Virus record (IMG/VR): IMGVR_UViG_3300010885_031309
Origin: a virus
Lineage: Duplodnaviria > Caudoviricetes
Strand: one strand, 5' to 3'
DNA: 64,000 nt
A program made the translations under genes and the position numbers. Positions 46,829 to 56,506 of the stretch are shown here, in pieces (the stretch's first letter is position 1; every line of letters begins with the position of its first letter). The notes under the pieces are model-generated. The model was not told the origin of the DNA. It saw nothing but the letters and a program-made list of their open reading frames with translations, and ran no database searches.

Positions 46829-48040
46829 ATGTCAGAAGTAATTCATTTTCAAGAATGTTCATTTTGTGGGAAACACAAAAGTGTAGTAAAAAAACTAATA
46901 GTTGGAGACGGAACTGCTATTTGTAGTGACTGTGTTGAACTTTGTAATAGTCTCTTACTAGAAGAGAATGATTCTATTTCAAGTGTAGACAACGAAAAAA
47001 CCAGTTTGTATCCAGATAATATTAAATCATATTTGGATCAATATATTATTGGACAAGATCGTGCCAAGATGATTCTTAGCGTGGCGGTCAGTAATCATTA
47101 CAAAAGAATTAAAAATAAAGAATCAACTATAAAAATTCAAAAAAGCAATGTATTGATTCTAGGCCCAACTGGAGGCGGCAAAACATTGTTGGCAAAAACC
47201 GTAGCCAATTATCTGGATGTACCGTTTGTTGTGGCCGATGCAACAAGTCTTACTGAGGCCGGGTATGTAGGAGACGATGTTGAATCAATGATTGTTAGAC
47301 TGTTGGCGGCAGCAGATGGTGACATTGAAAAAGCACAATGTGGAATTGTATTTATTGATGAGATAGATAAGATTGCTCGTAAAAGCGAAAGTGCTAGTAT
47401 TACTAGAGATGTTTCTGGCGAGGGTGTACAACAGGCTCTACTCAAGCTGGTTGAAGGAACAGTTTGTCGTATTCCTCAAAGCGGTAAAAGAAAGAATCCA
47501 AACAATGACATGATAGAAATAGACACAAGCAATATTTTGTTTATATCTGGTGGTGCATTTGTTGGATTAAATGAAATTATTGCAAAAAGAGTTGATGGAA
47601 ATAGTATTGGATTTGAAGCAAAAATTCAAACACACAAAGATGAGATTGATTATTTGAGTCTAACTACCCCTGATGATCTTACTAAATTCGGAATGATACC
47701 AGAATTTACGGGAAGATTTACCAGTAGAGTTGCTATTAGTCAGTTAACCAAAGAACAATTAATTCAAATCTTGTTGAATGTTAAAAACAGTTACATAGAG
47801 CAGTATCAATATTTGTTTCAACTTGACGGAATTAAATTACTGTTTGACAGCAGTGCAATAGAAATCATAGCGGAAAATTGTCTTGCTCTAAAGACTGGCG
47901 CTCGTGGCTTGCACAGTGAAATAGAAAGAGTATTATTACCACATATGTTTAACATTCAAAGTTATTTGAAGCAAGATATCAAAAGCATAAATATTACAGC
48001 ACAATTGGTAAATGAACCAAAATGTTTATTGGAGAAATAA
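46829..48040 (+). CDS. clpX: ATP-dependent Clp protease ATPase ClpX
   Basis: Zn-binding CSFCGK..C..C; GPTGGGKT; [11 protein letters not shown]; FIDEIDK; [14 protein letters not shown]; TGARGL. Confidence 0.95.
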   Translation: MSEVIHFQECSFCGKHKSVVKKLIVGDGTAICSDCVELCNSLLLEENDSISSVDNEKTSLYPDNIKSYLDQYIIGQDRAKMILSVAVSNHYKRIKNKESTIKIQKSNVLILGPTGGGKTLLAKTVANYLDVPFVVADATSLTEAGYVGDDVESMIVRLLAAADGDIEKAQCGIVFIDEIDKIARKSESASITRDVSGEGVQQALLKLVEGTVCRIPQSGKRKNPNNDMIEIDTSNILFISGGAFVGLNEIIAKRVDGNSIGFEAKIQTHKDEIDYLSLTTPDDLTKFGMIPEFTGRFTSRVAISQLTKEQLIQILLNVKNSYIEQYQYLFQLDGIKLLFDSSAIEIIAENCLALKTGARGLHSEIERVLLPHMFNIQSYLKQDIKSINITAQLVNEPKCLLEK

Positions 48041-48246
48041 TGAAAGTAGTTAATACAAAGGATAATTTTGACCAGGCAATGCGTAAGTTTAAGAAGAAAG
48101 TAATTGACAGCGGATTACTTCAAACTTTGCGTGACCGTGAGTTTTATGTTAAACCAAGCATTGCCAAGAAAATTGCAAAGGGCAAAGCGGTTAATCGTTG
48201 GAAAAAATATCTGCAAAGTCAAGAGCTTCCAAAGAAGATGTTTTGA
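48040..48246 (+). CDS. rpsU: Ribosomal protein bS21
   Basis: FDQAMRKFKKKV..SG.L..LRDREFYVKPS; GGAG ribosome-binding site. Confidence 0.88.
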   Translation: MKVVNTKDNFDQAMRKFKKKVIDSGLLQTLRDREFYVKPSIAKKIAKGKAVNRWKKYLQSQELPKKMF

Positions 48247-48294
48247 TACCAAAATACTTGTATTTTTTGCGTAAAACTGTATCATAAATATACA

Positions 48295-48319
48295 AGTTAG
48301 CAGAATGGTTCTGTTAACT
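48295..48319 (+). promoter_or_regulatory. 5' hairpin with AGAATGGTTCT apex after a late promoter (hsp20 leader)
   Basis: AGTTAGCAGAA-tgg-TTCTGTTAACT; ATAAATA at 48284-48290. Confidence 0.65.
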
Positions 48320-48388
48320 ATCTCAGTAACGCCTATTACAGGGTTACAAATTAAATGTCATAACTTGCTTATATGAAAGGAGAAAACA

Positions 48389-48823
48389 ATGACAAATCTT
48401 CAACTTCGTTCTATTGATATTCCTCAGTTACATCGTGTCGGTGTAGGTTTTGATCGTGTATTTGATCATTTTGACGAAATGCTTCGTGCAAATCAAACTA
48501 ATTATCCCCCGTTTAATATCGTTAAGACTGATGAGAATAATTGGTTGATTGAAATTGCAGTTGCTGGGTTCAAACAGGGTGATATCAATATCACTGTCAA
48601 AGATCAGCAGCTAACTATAGAGGGCAAACAAGTAACAGAAGAAAATCGTGACTATGTTCATCGTGGATTGAGTAGTCGCGACTTTATTCGTAGCTGGACT
48701 CTTGCAGAGTATGTAGAAGTTCGTGATGCTTTTCAAGAGAATGGAATACTCAGTCTACATTTAGAGCGTGTGATTCCAGAGAATAAGAAGCCTCGTTCTA
48801 TTGCTATTACTTACATTAAATAA
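48389..48823 (+). CDS. Small heat-shock protein Hsp20 (IbpA-like)
   Basis: NYPPFNI, IEIAVAGF, YVHRGLSSRDF.RSW.LAE.VEV, NGILSLHL. Confidence 0.92.
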   Translation: MTNLQLRSIDIPQLHRVGVGFDRVFDHFDEMLRANQTNYPPFNIVKTDENNWLIEIAVAGFKQGDINITVKDQQLTIEGKQVTEENRDYVHRGLSSRDFIRSWTLAEYVEVRDAFQENGILSLHLERVIPENKKPRSIAITYIK

Positions 48824-48838
48824 TATAATATAAATACA

Positions 48839-48865
48839 CAGTAGAGAGAATGGTTCTCTCTACTG
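48839..48865 (+). promoter_or_regulatory. 5' hairpin with AGAATGGTTCT apex after a late promoter (clpS leader)
   Basis: Perfect 12-bp stem CAGTAGAGAGAA-tgg-TTCTCTCTACTG; TATAAATA at 48829-48836. Confidence 0.7.
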
Positions 48866-48881
48866 CACATAGGACTACAAC

Positions 48882-49187
48882 ATGGCAAATACCGATACCA
48901 AGACAAAAATTAAACCAAATCTAAAAATCTCTGAACCATCAATGTTCAAAGTTATCTATGTGAATGATGATGTTACAACAATGGAATTTGTAGTAGAGAG
49001 TCTAATGCAACACTTTGATTACTCATCCACTACGGCACTTGAAGTAACAGAAAATATTCACGCTAGTGGAAGTGCAGTAGTTGCAGTACTACCGTATGAA
49101 ATTGCTGAACAAAAAGGGATTGAAGTAACACTAGATGCAAGAAATCAAGGTTACCCGCTTCAAATTAAAATTGAAAGCGAAGCTTAA
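48882..49187 (+). CDS. clpS: N-degron adaptor ClpS
   Basis: PSMFKVIYVNDDVTTMEFVV...IHASG.AVV..LPYEIAEQK...YPL. Confidence 0.92.
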   Translation: MANTDTKTKIKPNLKISEPSMFKVIYVNDDVTTMEFVVESLMQHFDYSSTTALEVTENIHASGSAVVAVLPYEIAEQKGIEVTLDARNQGYPLQIKIESEA

Positions 49188-49882
49188 ATTTCAATTCTTT
49201 TTGGCCAATAGGGCTGTCCGGCTACATATGGATTATTAACATATCGTCTATTATTGAGCTTTATGTCAACACTTAATTCAGAGCCGCCAAACAGCCAATT
49301 TTTTACTTTACTTGTTTGATCACTGACTAAAGCAATTGCCGGATCTATTTTTTCATTTAATAAATGCTCTGAGTGATATAAAAAATCTTCTGCTGGTATA
49401 GAACTGGTAATTGCTACAATCTTTTTTGTCTCTTTGTGTGATTGTAAATTTCTTATTGTGTTGGTCAAATAACCAACATCCTCTACTTTTAACTCAGACA
49501 CTATGGCAACATCATCAATATTTTGAATGTTTGGATTATTTCTGAACCAACCGTTACAAGCAACAAAAGCAACACCATTTAGTACTACTACATGATTATG
49601 TAGAAATACAACATTGTTTATATTGTTACAAATTTCCTTGATGTTTTCTATAGTTTCTTGGTACTCTGATATTATTTCATGCTCAAATGCACCATCAATG
49701 TAAAATACCCCACGATAGTGCTTGCTTAAATGTTCTAGAACTGTTTTTATTTTTTTTATACTATGACTGATGCCCCCACCAATTACGCAGAACAAGCTTG
49801 TTGGCTTGTCAGTCCAATCAAATTCTTGATCCTCGTCTAAGTTAAGGTCACTAATGAAGTCTATAGCCAGCGAGGATTTCAT
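49184..49882 (-). CDS. Calcineurin-like metallophosphoesterase fold, probably degenerate
   Basis: ISDL, GGISH, YIDGAFEH; canonical metal-binding His residues partly lost. Confidence 0.65.
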   Translation of the reverse strand: MKSSLAIDFISDLNLDEDQEFDWTDKPTSLFCVIGGGISHSIKKIKTVLEHLSKHYRGVFYIDGAFEHEIISEYQETIENIKEICNNINNVVFLHNHVVVLNGVAFVACNGWFRNNPNIQNIDDVAIVSELKVEDVGYLTNTIRNLQSHKETKKIVAITSSIPAEDFLYHSEHLLNEKIDPAIALVSDQTSKVKNWLFGGSELSVDIKLNNRRYVNNPYVAGQPYWPKRIEI

Positions 49883-50235
49883 TATTTTTTAGTCTTTGTT
49901 GTCTTTGACTTTTGTTCCTTCATTGGTTTTGTTTCTGAAGGCTTTTTAGTTGCTGTAGATTTAGCTGCACTTTTTTTAGCGACTGGTACTGGGTTTTGCT
50001 TCACTGATTGCTTTCTTGCTCTTTTTGGCTTATCAGCAACGGGTTTAGCGGGATTTAATTCCAATTTTTTCTTTTCCCATTCATCCAGTGTCAATGCATG
50101 ATATCCAACACACACGCCAGATGGACTTCTGCCACAGCCACACATTTTTGGTTCAGCGGGCCGAATTGGATCTTCTTGTTTTTGTTCTTGCTCTTGTTTT
50201 TTTCCGAACAGCTTCATAAAAAATTCTTTAATCAT
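49882..50235 (-). CDS. CDGSH-like iron-sulfur/zinc finger protein with a Lys-rich tail
   Basis: CGCGRSPSGVCVGYH. Confidence 0.6.
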   Translation of the reverse strand: MIKEFFMKLFGKKQEQEQKQEDPIRPAEPKMCGCGRSPSGVCVGYHALTLDEWEKKKLELNPAKPVADKPKRARKQSVKQNPVPVAKKSAAKSTATKKPSETKPMKEQKSKTTKTKK

Positions 50236-50346
50236 TGTATAAACTCCTTATATTAATATTTATTGGTTTTAATACAATCAAATATTTTCTCTAATTGCTT
50301 GCTATTACTAAATCATTAGTGTAGACTACATTAATGGAGACTTTCT

Positions 50347-50955
50347 ATGACAGAAACACAAGAGACTGATATCACTTCTTACTCAGAAGAGTTGAATAAA
50401 GCTGGAATATATATATTCATGAATGAAGTTAACAGTGAAACTGTTAAGCCAGTAGTTGAATGGATACTACATGAAAATTATGTTTCTAAACAAAAGAAAA
50501 AAGAATTATTGTTAATGATATGCAGTCATGGCGGAGATTTGGCGGCTGCTTTTGCACTGATTGATGTAATGCACAACAGCGCTATTCCAATTAAAACTGT
50601 TGGCCTTGGCCAAATTGGAAGTTCTGGTCTGTTGATATTTATGGCTGGCACTCGCGGCAGGCGTATACTAACACCAAACACAAGTATTCTTAGTCATCAA
50701 TTTAGTTGGCACAACGAGGGTAAAGCTCATGAACTTTTTGCTACACTCCGTGAGCTTGAATTAACGCAGACACGCATGATTGATCATTATAGAAAATGCA
50801 CTGGTGCAGATGACAGCACTATAAAAGAATATTTATTGCCCGCACAAGATCGGTGGCTCAGTGCTGAAGAGGCGTTGAATCTTAAAATCTGTGATGCGAT
50901 CAACATGTCAAATCAAGTAATAACTCAATCAACCATTAATAGAAAGGTAAAATAA
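50347..50955 (+). CDS. ClpP-family protease (divergent)
   Basis: ICSHGG, IGSSG nucleophile region, [15 protein letters not shown]. Confidence 0.8.
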   Translation: MTETQETDITSYSEELNKAGIYIFMNEVNSETVKPVVEWILHENYVSKQKKKELLLMICSHGGDLAAAFALIDVMHNSAIPIKTVGLGQIGSSGLLIFMAGTRGRRILTPNTSILSHQFSWHNEGKAHELFATLRELELTQTRMIDHYRKCTGADDSTIKEYLLPAQDRWLSAEEALNLKICDAINMSNQVITQSTINRKVK

Positions 50956-50956
50956 A

Positions 50957-51565
50957 ATGGCATTAGTACCAATTGTTATTGAACAAACAAGCAAAGGCGA
51001 GAGAAGCTACGATATATATTCCAGATTATTGCGAGACCGAATCGTCATGCTTACAACAGATGTTAATGAAGTATCGGCAAGTTTAATTGCTGCTCAACTC
51101 TTGTTTCTAGAGAGTGAAGATGATAAAAAGGACATTTACTTTTACATCAATAGTCCCGGAGGTAGTGTCACTGCTGGTCTAAGTATTCTTGACACAATGA
51201 ATTTCATAAGACCAGATATCAGCACCATTGTAATGGGACAAGCATGTAGTATGGGTAGTTTGCTTGCTAGTAGTGGAGCAAAAGGTAAGCGTTATATGTT
51301 ACCTAACAGTCGTCATCTAATTCATCAACCACTTGGCGGAGCCAGTGGGCAAGCAAGTGATATTCAGATCCAGGCAAAAGAAATTCTTCGTATGAAGAAA
51401 CAACTAACCGAGATATATGTACAAAACACAGGCAAGCCTTACGAGCAACTAGAGCGAGACATGGACCGTGATAACATCATGACTCCCGATGAATCAATTG
51501 CTTATGGATTAGCTGATAAGATTATCACCGCTAGAGAGGCGCGCCCAGAGACTTCGTTAATTTGA
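50957..51565 (+). CDS. clpP: ATP-dependent Clp protease proteolytic subunit
   Basis: [39 protein letters not shown]. Confidence 0.95.
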   Translation: MALVPIVIEQTSKGERSYDIYSRLLRDRIVMLTTDVNEVSASLIAAQLLFLESEDDKKDIYFYINSPGGSVTAGLSILDTMNFIRPDISTIVMGQACSMGSLLASSGAKGKRYMLPNSRHLIHQPLGGASGQASDIQIQAKEILRMKKQLTEIYVQNTGKPYEQLERDMDRDNIMTPDESIAYGLADKIITAREARPETSLI

Positions 51566-51592
51566 TAAATATTAGATACGGGAGTAATTATC

Positions 51593-53146
51593 TTGGATCC
51601 AATAGCAATAAGAAATATACTTAACAAAGTTAATATGATCACTGAAAGCACTGGCTTGGCTGGACGCAAGCCGGGTGCTGTGTTTACTGATAGTCAAACG
51701 AATGAACAAATAACATTCGTTGATCTACAGTTTTATCCTGAGGAGGGTGGAAAATTTCTCCCAGATGATTTAACAAAGGCGATCACACATATTGAATCCA
51801 AGATAGATGATCCTATTCAGTGGGAAAATCAGCGTGGACCAAGAACTGGCGGTTTTGCAATTGCTACTTTTACGACATCAGATAATAAAACTCTGGCTGT
51901 AGGAACATATCTACAAGAAATAAAGCAAATAGCAACACAAAATTATGTGTCTAACACAGTGTTGGGCAGATATAAGTTTTCTGGGAAAGCAGCAGCAAAA
52001 ACTCAAGCTGGATTAACTCCACAGGATCTATTGGAAAAAAGAAATGGCTTGTCTGTAGCAGAAATAATGAATCAACTTGCAAAGAAATTGGGCACAGATG
52101 ATGCACTATATCATGTTGCTCATCATGTTGCTCTTGGACAGCCATTGCCATTTGAATTTGATGCACCAGAGGGACAAAGCTTCACGGCATTTCGTGATTA
52201 CTTCTGTGAGATACTACAGCCGATTGCACTACACAAGGGCTTGTATAGTGGAAACGCTGGAGAAGCAGCAGAAATATTCTTGGGTGCAAGAGGGTTTGAA
52301 TCAACCAAGATTAACTTTGACGCTGCAAAAAATGCTGGTCTAAGTGATAGCATTCTCGATACTGCAGATGGTAAGTATGTAAAAGTAAGCAGTAAGGGTG
52401 ATAAGGGTGCAGAAGCCAGTGCTAAGAACTTGATTGATAGCGTAGATGAATTGGCCGAAACAGATCGTGGCAAAAAATTATTGGACAAGTATAAAACGAC
52501 TATTGATATAGTCAGAGAAATTCAGAAGCAGGGTCAAAGTGGAGCTCCATTGTATCTAGGAGTAAAATATGACGTGATCACTGAACAGGAATCAACTATT
52601 GTAAAGGGTCTAAAGAATGCTGGTCCAGTAGATATTAATAATGTAGAGCAATTAAAGGAAGCCAAGTTAACATCCACGCTGATAGAGTTGGCACAGAGTC
52701 GTGGAACAAAAACTCCCGAACGCACCAGTCTGTTCTATCACTTAATTGCTGCGATAGCACATAAAGCGGCAGATCAAGTAAATGAAAAAACCAATTTCAG
52801 TGATGCTGCGTCAGACATTCTAAACAACGGTGCTCTGGTTCAAGTATATACACAGGCAAAAGAAAAAAATGGAAAATGGGTGTTAGAGGGATTTGATACA
52901 GTTTACCCAGGAACTTCGGTAAGTGGAGTTGTATTAAGTGCCAAGAAAAATTATGCTAGTACAGCTATCAAAGGAAACTTTACCTTCAAAATTCTGCGAG
53001 GTAACGCAAAAGTAGCACCAGAAGATGATACTGAAGAAGTTGCTGTGCCCACTGAAGTTGATGACACTGTTCGTGAACCCGGAGAAAGAGTGTCTGTTAC
53101 CAAGGGTGAAAAGGCTAAACTGGGAGCAGGACGCGCTCGCAGATAA
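51593..53146 (+). CDS. Large leader-bearing protein, possible PD-(D/E)xK nuclease fold
   Basis: TTG start after ATAAATA at 51565; FCEIL...LSDSIL...VKVSSKG. Confidence 0.6.
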   Translation: MDPIAIRNILNKVNMITESTGLAGRKPGAVFTDSQTNEQITFVDLQFYPEEGGKFLPDDLTKAITHIESKIDDPIQWENQRGPRTGGFAIATFTTSDNKTLAVGTYLQEIKQIATQNYVSNTVLGRYKFSGKAAAKTQAGLTPQDLLEKRNGLSVAEIMNQLAKKLGTDDALYHVAHHVALGQPLPFEFDAPEGQSFTAFRDYFCEILQPIALHKGLYSGNAGEAAEIFLGARGFESTKINFDAAKNAGLSDSILDTADGKYVKVSSKGDKGAEASAKNLIDSVDELAETDRGKKLLDKYKTTIDIVREIQKQGQSGAPLYLGVKYDVITEQESTIVKGLKNAGPVDINNVEQLKEAKLTSTLIELAQSRGTKTPERTSLFYHLIAAIAHKAADQVNEKTNFSDAASDILNNGALVQVYTQAKEKNGKWVLEGFDTVYPGTSVSGVVLSAKKNYASTAIKGNFTFKILRGNAKVAPEDDTEEVAVPTEVDDTVREPGERVSVTKGEKAKLGAGRARR

Positions 53147-53147
53147 C

Positions 53148-53194
53148 TTGACAATAAGAGTTAACTGAGTTACAATAGTATTGCTCAGTTAACT
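53148..53194 (+). promoter_or_regulatory. Sigma70-type promoter overlapped by an 11-bp inverted repeat
   Basis: TTGACA-17 nt-TACAAT; arms AGTTAACTGAG (53159-53169) and CTCAGTTAACT (53184-53194). Confidence 0.7.
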
Positions 53195-53206
53195 ATTACA
53201 CTTACT

Positions 53207-53773
53207 ATGTCAACTTGGAAATATACCTGTAGTGGATGCAACATTGAAATACCATGGGGTGGCCCTACATACTGTAGTACTTGCAGACTTGAACGAGCAA
53301 TAGAACGAAATTCAACTGGCCCGGGTTTAGTTGAACGCAGTCAGTCTTCTTATAAAACAAGAAGCAATCTTGACGGTCTAGTAGAACTAGGTTCTTTGCT
53401 TGGCGTCATCTACGGTCAAGATGTCAAAACAAAAATGCGAGAATTGGAGATTCGTGAGCGAGAATTAGCTATTCGCGAAGCACAACTTGGAAAAAAGTAT
53501 TCCGCGCCCACTTCATCTTCGCGTACCTCAAGTTTCAATTACAGCCCTACAGTCTCACGTTCATCTGTTTCTTCTTTGCCAGCGGCATCACCACTTGACA
53601 CAAAAGCTCAGATAGTAGACGCGACTGAACCAAAATCATACGACACTGACTATACCAGGTTCAAGAAACCGACTATCAGAAATAATAGCTCTATATGGGA
53701 AGATAACGATGTATTCATCATTTTATTCACAATTGCGTGTATTATTATTCTGGTAATTATCAAATCCTTATAA
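53207..53773 (+). CDS. Hypothetical protein with an N-terminal Zn ribbon and a C-terminal membrane anchor
   Basis: CSGC..CSTC; C-terminal hydrophobic helix. Confidence 0.6.
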   Translation: MSTWKYTCSGCNIEIPWGGPTYCSTCRLERAIERNSTGPGLVERSQSSYKTRSNLDGLVELGSLLGVIYGQDVKTKMRELEIRERELAIREAQLGKKYSAPTSSSRTSSFNYSPTVSRSSVSSLPAASPLDTKAQIVDATEPKSYDTDYTRFKKPTIRNNSSIWEDNDVFIILFTIACIIILVIIKSL

Positions 53774-53781
53774 ATATTATC

Positions 53782-53958
53782 ATGACCACAAACGAAGAAA
53801 AAATTACATACGAAGTAACTACAGTTGAAGATCCAGAAACTGGAGATATTTTACTTCCATTTCCACCAGAACTTTTAGAAAAGTTGAACTGGAAAGAGGG
53901 CGACGAGATTAATTGGAATCAGTCAGATGACGGTGCTTGGATTTTAACAAAAAAATAA
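53782..53958 (+). CDS. AbrB/MazE-like DNA-binding protein
   Basis: GDILLPFPPELLEKLNWKEGDEINW; TATAAATA at 53769. Confidence 0.7.
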   Translation: MTTNEEKITYEVTTVEDPETGDILLPFPPELLEKLNWKEGDEINWNQSDDGAWILTKK

Positions 53959-53959
53959 T

Positions 53960-54406
53960 ATGAGTAACATGAGTTATCAAAATTCATCACTGCAAGATCT
54001 GTTAACAGAGACAATAACAATAACTGCTGGCCCCACTATTCAAAGTGGTGTATATGATACCAGTTATATCTACAATTCTGCACAAAATTCTACGGTCACT
54101 AATACAGTAATAACAAACAATACTGGAGGACCATATGGATGGTACGGCGACAATACTACATTTGGCTCAAATCTTAGTTCAACTTTGGATGTTAAAGGTG
54201 ATGTTGAAATCGCTGGTGCTCTAAAACTTCAAGGAAGAGATATTGGGTTTATTTTGGATAAAATATCTGAGCGTCTTGGAATTTTACAAACTAATCCAGA
54301 ATTAGAATCTCGTTGGGAACGACTGCGAGAGCTTCGTGAAGAATATCTAAAAGTAGAAGCCGAAATCAAAGAAAAAGAAGAAATCTTTCGTGCTTTGAAG
54401 ACTTGA
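53960..54406 (+). CDS. Hypothetical protein
   Basis: T/N/G-rich N-terminus; coiled-coil C-terminus. Confidence 0.7.
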   Translation: MSNMSYQNSSLQDLLTETITITAGPTIQSGVYDTSYIYNSAQNSTVTNTVITNNTGGPYGWYGDNTTFGSNLSSTLDVKGDVEIAGALKLQGRDIGFILDKISERLGILQTNPELESRWERLRELREEYLKVEAEIKEKEEIFRALKT

Positions 54407-54431
54407 CAATAAATCTTCGGTATGATAGACT
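54403..54431 (+). promoter_or_regulatory. Sigma70-type promoter
   Basis: TTGACA-17 nt-TAGACT. Confidence 0.65.
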
Positions 54432-54462
54432 ATAAAGATAGTAACAACACTATTTCAACAAC

Positions 54463-54843
54463 ATGAGTTTAGTTAAGGGTCTTACTCTTTCTGGCAAGAA
54501 ACGCGGCAAAGTTAAATTTGCAAGTGCAGAGGCAAAACGACAATACGAGCAATTGCAAAAAGATTGGGCCGATCTAAAAACTAAATGGGGCGTCACTGAC
54601 ACTTCCAAGCGTAAAACTACAGTGGTTGAATTGCCAACTATTGCCAAGTCACAAATTCGTGATAGTGCAAACGGCAAGCCAAAATCACTAAATTCTTGGG
54701 TTGTCGGTCCAGCGGCAAAAAAAGAAAGTAAGCAGTATACTGGAAACAAAATGGTAGGCATTGGAACTCTTCATAAGAGCAATGCCGTACCAGTGTTTTC
54801 TGATCAGGAGGCAAAGGAAATCGCTACAATGCGACGAAACTAA
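54463..54843 (+). CDS. Hypothetical phage protein
   Basis: [19 protein letters not shown]...A.EIA.MRR. Confidence 0.75.
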   Translation: MSLVKGLTLSGKKRGKVKFASAEAKRQYEQLQKDWADLKTKWGVTDTSKRKTTVVELPTIAKSQIRDSANGKPKSLNSWVVGPAAKKESKQYTGNKMVGIGTLHKSNAVPVFSDQEAKEIATMRRN

Positions 54844-54845
54844 TT

Positions 54846-55064
54846 ATGGCAAAAACAGACACTATTAAACTTGAAGGTACCGTGGTAGACTTACTACCGA
54901 ACGCAATGTTTCGCGTAAAGCTACTTGAAAATGAACAAGTAATCATTGGGCACATCAGCGGGCGAATTCGTCAAAACGAAATTCGTATTCTACTTGGTGA
55001 TGCTGTTCAAATGGAATTTAGTCCATATGACTTAACTAAAGGTCGCATAGTCAAGCGACTGTGA
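54846..55064 (+). CDS. infA: Translation initiation factor IF-1
   Basis: [18 protein letters not shown]...HISGRIR...[19 protein letters not shown]. Confidence 0.93.
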   Translation: MAKTDTIKLEGTVVDLLPNAMFRVKLLENEQVIIGHISGRIRQNEIRILLGDAVQMEFSPYDLTKGRIVKRL

Positions 55065-55093
55065 TTATCTCTTACAGCATGATAAATACATGC

Positions 55094-55654
55094 ATGAGAG
55101 AAATTATTAATTTGGTTGAAAGTAAATCTCAGTCAAAAGATGAGATTGAAATAGTAAATCTTTCTTATTCGTCTAGTGCTCTTAGTCCAGTATTTTCATC
55201 ATCTCTGATGAAGCTGCACTACGAAAAGCTAGCTCATGGGTATGCAGAAAGATTTAATAAAAAAGAGGGTGACCCAACCTTCAATTATGCTGGCGCCTGG
55301 CTGCATAATGTGTTCTTTACGCAATTCAGACCTTCGCGTATGAACAATGTTCCCAACGGTCCAATTGGGAATATGATAAAAACCAAATTCAAAAGCTTTG
55401 ACGCATTCAAAGATGCATTTGAGCAAGAAGCCATGAAGCTACATGGCAGCGGATGGTTATACTTGGCTCGCGATGCTAGTATTAAAAGTATAAATAATCA
55501 TCAAGTCCGTAATGATATTCTAATCTTGGTAGACATGTGGGAACATGCTTATCAGCATGATTATGGTTCTAATAAACAAAAATATCTGGATAATATCTGG
55601 AAAATAATGGACTGGAATGTGTTGAACACAAGATGGGGACAGGGATACAAATGA
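55094..55654 (+). CDS. sod: Fe/Mn superoxide dismutase with an MREIINLVE leader
   Basis: LHYEKLAHGY, LHNVFF, GSGW, DMWEHAY; start moved downstream of ATAAATA at 55082. Confidence 0.88.
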   Translation: MREIINLVESKSQSKDEIEIVNLSYSSSALSPVFSSSLMKLHYEKLAHGYAERFNKKEGDPTFNYAGAWLHNVFFTQFRPSRMNNVPNGPIGNMIKTKFKSFDAFKDAFEQEAMKLHGSGWLYLARDASIKSINNHQVRNDILILVDMWEHAYQHDYGSNKQKYLDNIWKIMDWNVLNTRWGQGYK

Positions 55655-56205
55655 AAGCCCACGAGTTCTTAACTGAAATTGGTTCATTTAATTACAAGTT
55701 CAAAGAAGAGCCATATTACTTAGAAGACAACAAGAATTGGCAAAGAATACTATTCAATATTGCGAACAAAGTGGCTAGCTATTTTTCCAGACCTGTAGCT
55801 GGTAAAAAATATACATTCAGCACTGACAGTGGTGCGAAATACGAGGTGTATTTGGATCTATATATGAAATCGGGTCTAAACATACGATTTTTTTATGTTA
55901 ATCGTAGTGGAATCAGATTGCACAAACTTACTGGAACTGCTGCTGGAGAAGAGTTGAGAATCATAAGCACAGTAAGACAAATAGCAAAAAAATACATAGA
56001 CGAAGTACATCCGTCTGTTATAGCCTTTAGTGCCGTTGAATTAAAAGAAACATCCAGATTCAGCTTGTATGACAGAATTGCTAGAGATTTTAGCAGATAT
56101 TTTCCAGAATACAAGTTTCGCTCTAGTAAAGACACTCAACACGGAAAGACTTGGTTTTTTGGAAGAACAGAAAATTATGACAATACAGCTAACACAAGAA
56201 GCTAA
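55651..56205 (+). CDS. GNAT-like protein with an MKAHEFLTE leader
   Basis: TGTAAGEELRIISTV...FSA...SRFSLY; same domain as the middle of 8481-10226. Confidence 0.65.
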   Translation: MKAHEFLTEIGSFNYKFKEEPYYLEDNKNWQRILFNIANKVASYFSRPVAGKKYTFSTDSGAKYEVYLDLYMKSGLNIRFFYVNRSGIRLHKLTGTAAGEELRIISTVRQIAKKYIDEVHPSVIAFSAVELKETSRFSLYDRIARDFSRYFPEYKFRSSKDTQHGKTWFFGRTENYDNTANTRS

Positions 56206-56506
56206 ACTAAAAATCATAGACATACTAGCCACTACTGATGAAAACACTAGACTTCGTATTGCTGTAGTGGGCGGTGGTTGTGCTGGGCTAAATTATCATT
56301 TTGTACTGGACGAAGATTATAGTGAAGATGACTTTCTAATTGATTCTGGACCGGCACGAGTAGTAGTAGATTCTGTTAGCGCTCAATACCTAGAACAAGC
56401 GACAGTTGACTATGTAGACGAACTATGGGAAAAAAAGTTTGTTGTTGATAATCCAAATGCCGAAGTAAGTTGTGGATGTGGTAGCAGTTTTCGTCCGAAA
56501 ACTTAA
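56177..56506 (+). CDS. IscA/HesB/ErpA Fe-S cluster assembly protein
   Basis: LRIAVVGGGCAGLNY...VDY...NPNA...CGCGSSF. Confidence 0.92.
   Translation: MTIQLTQEAKLKIIDILATTDENTRLRIAVVGGGCAGLNYHFVLDEDYSEDDFLIDSGPARVVVDSVSAQYLEQATVDYVDELWEKKFVVDNPNAEVSCGCGSSFRPKT

Noticed and set aside
55633-56506. Long overlap between ORFs 55633-56205 and 56069-56506 as a dual-coding region
   Set aside because: The IscA homology starts at ATG 56177, which leaves only an ordinary 29-nt overlap.
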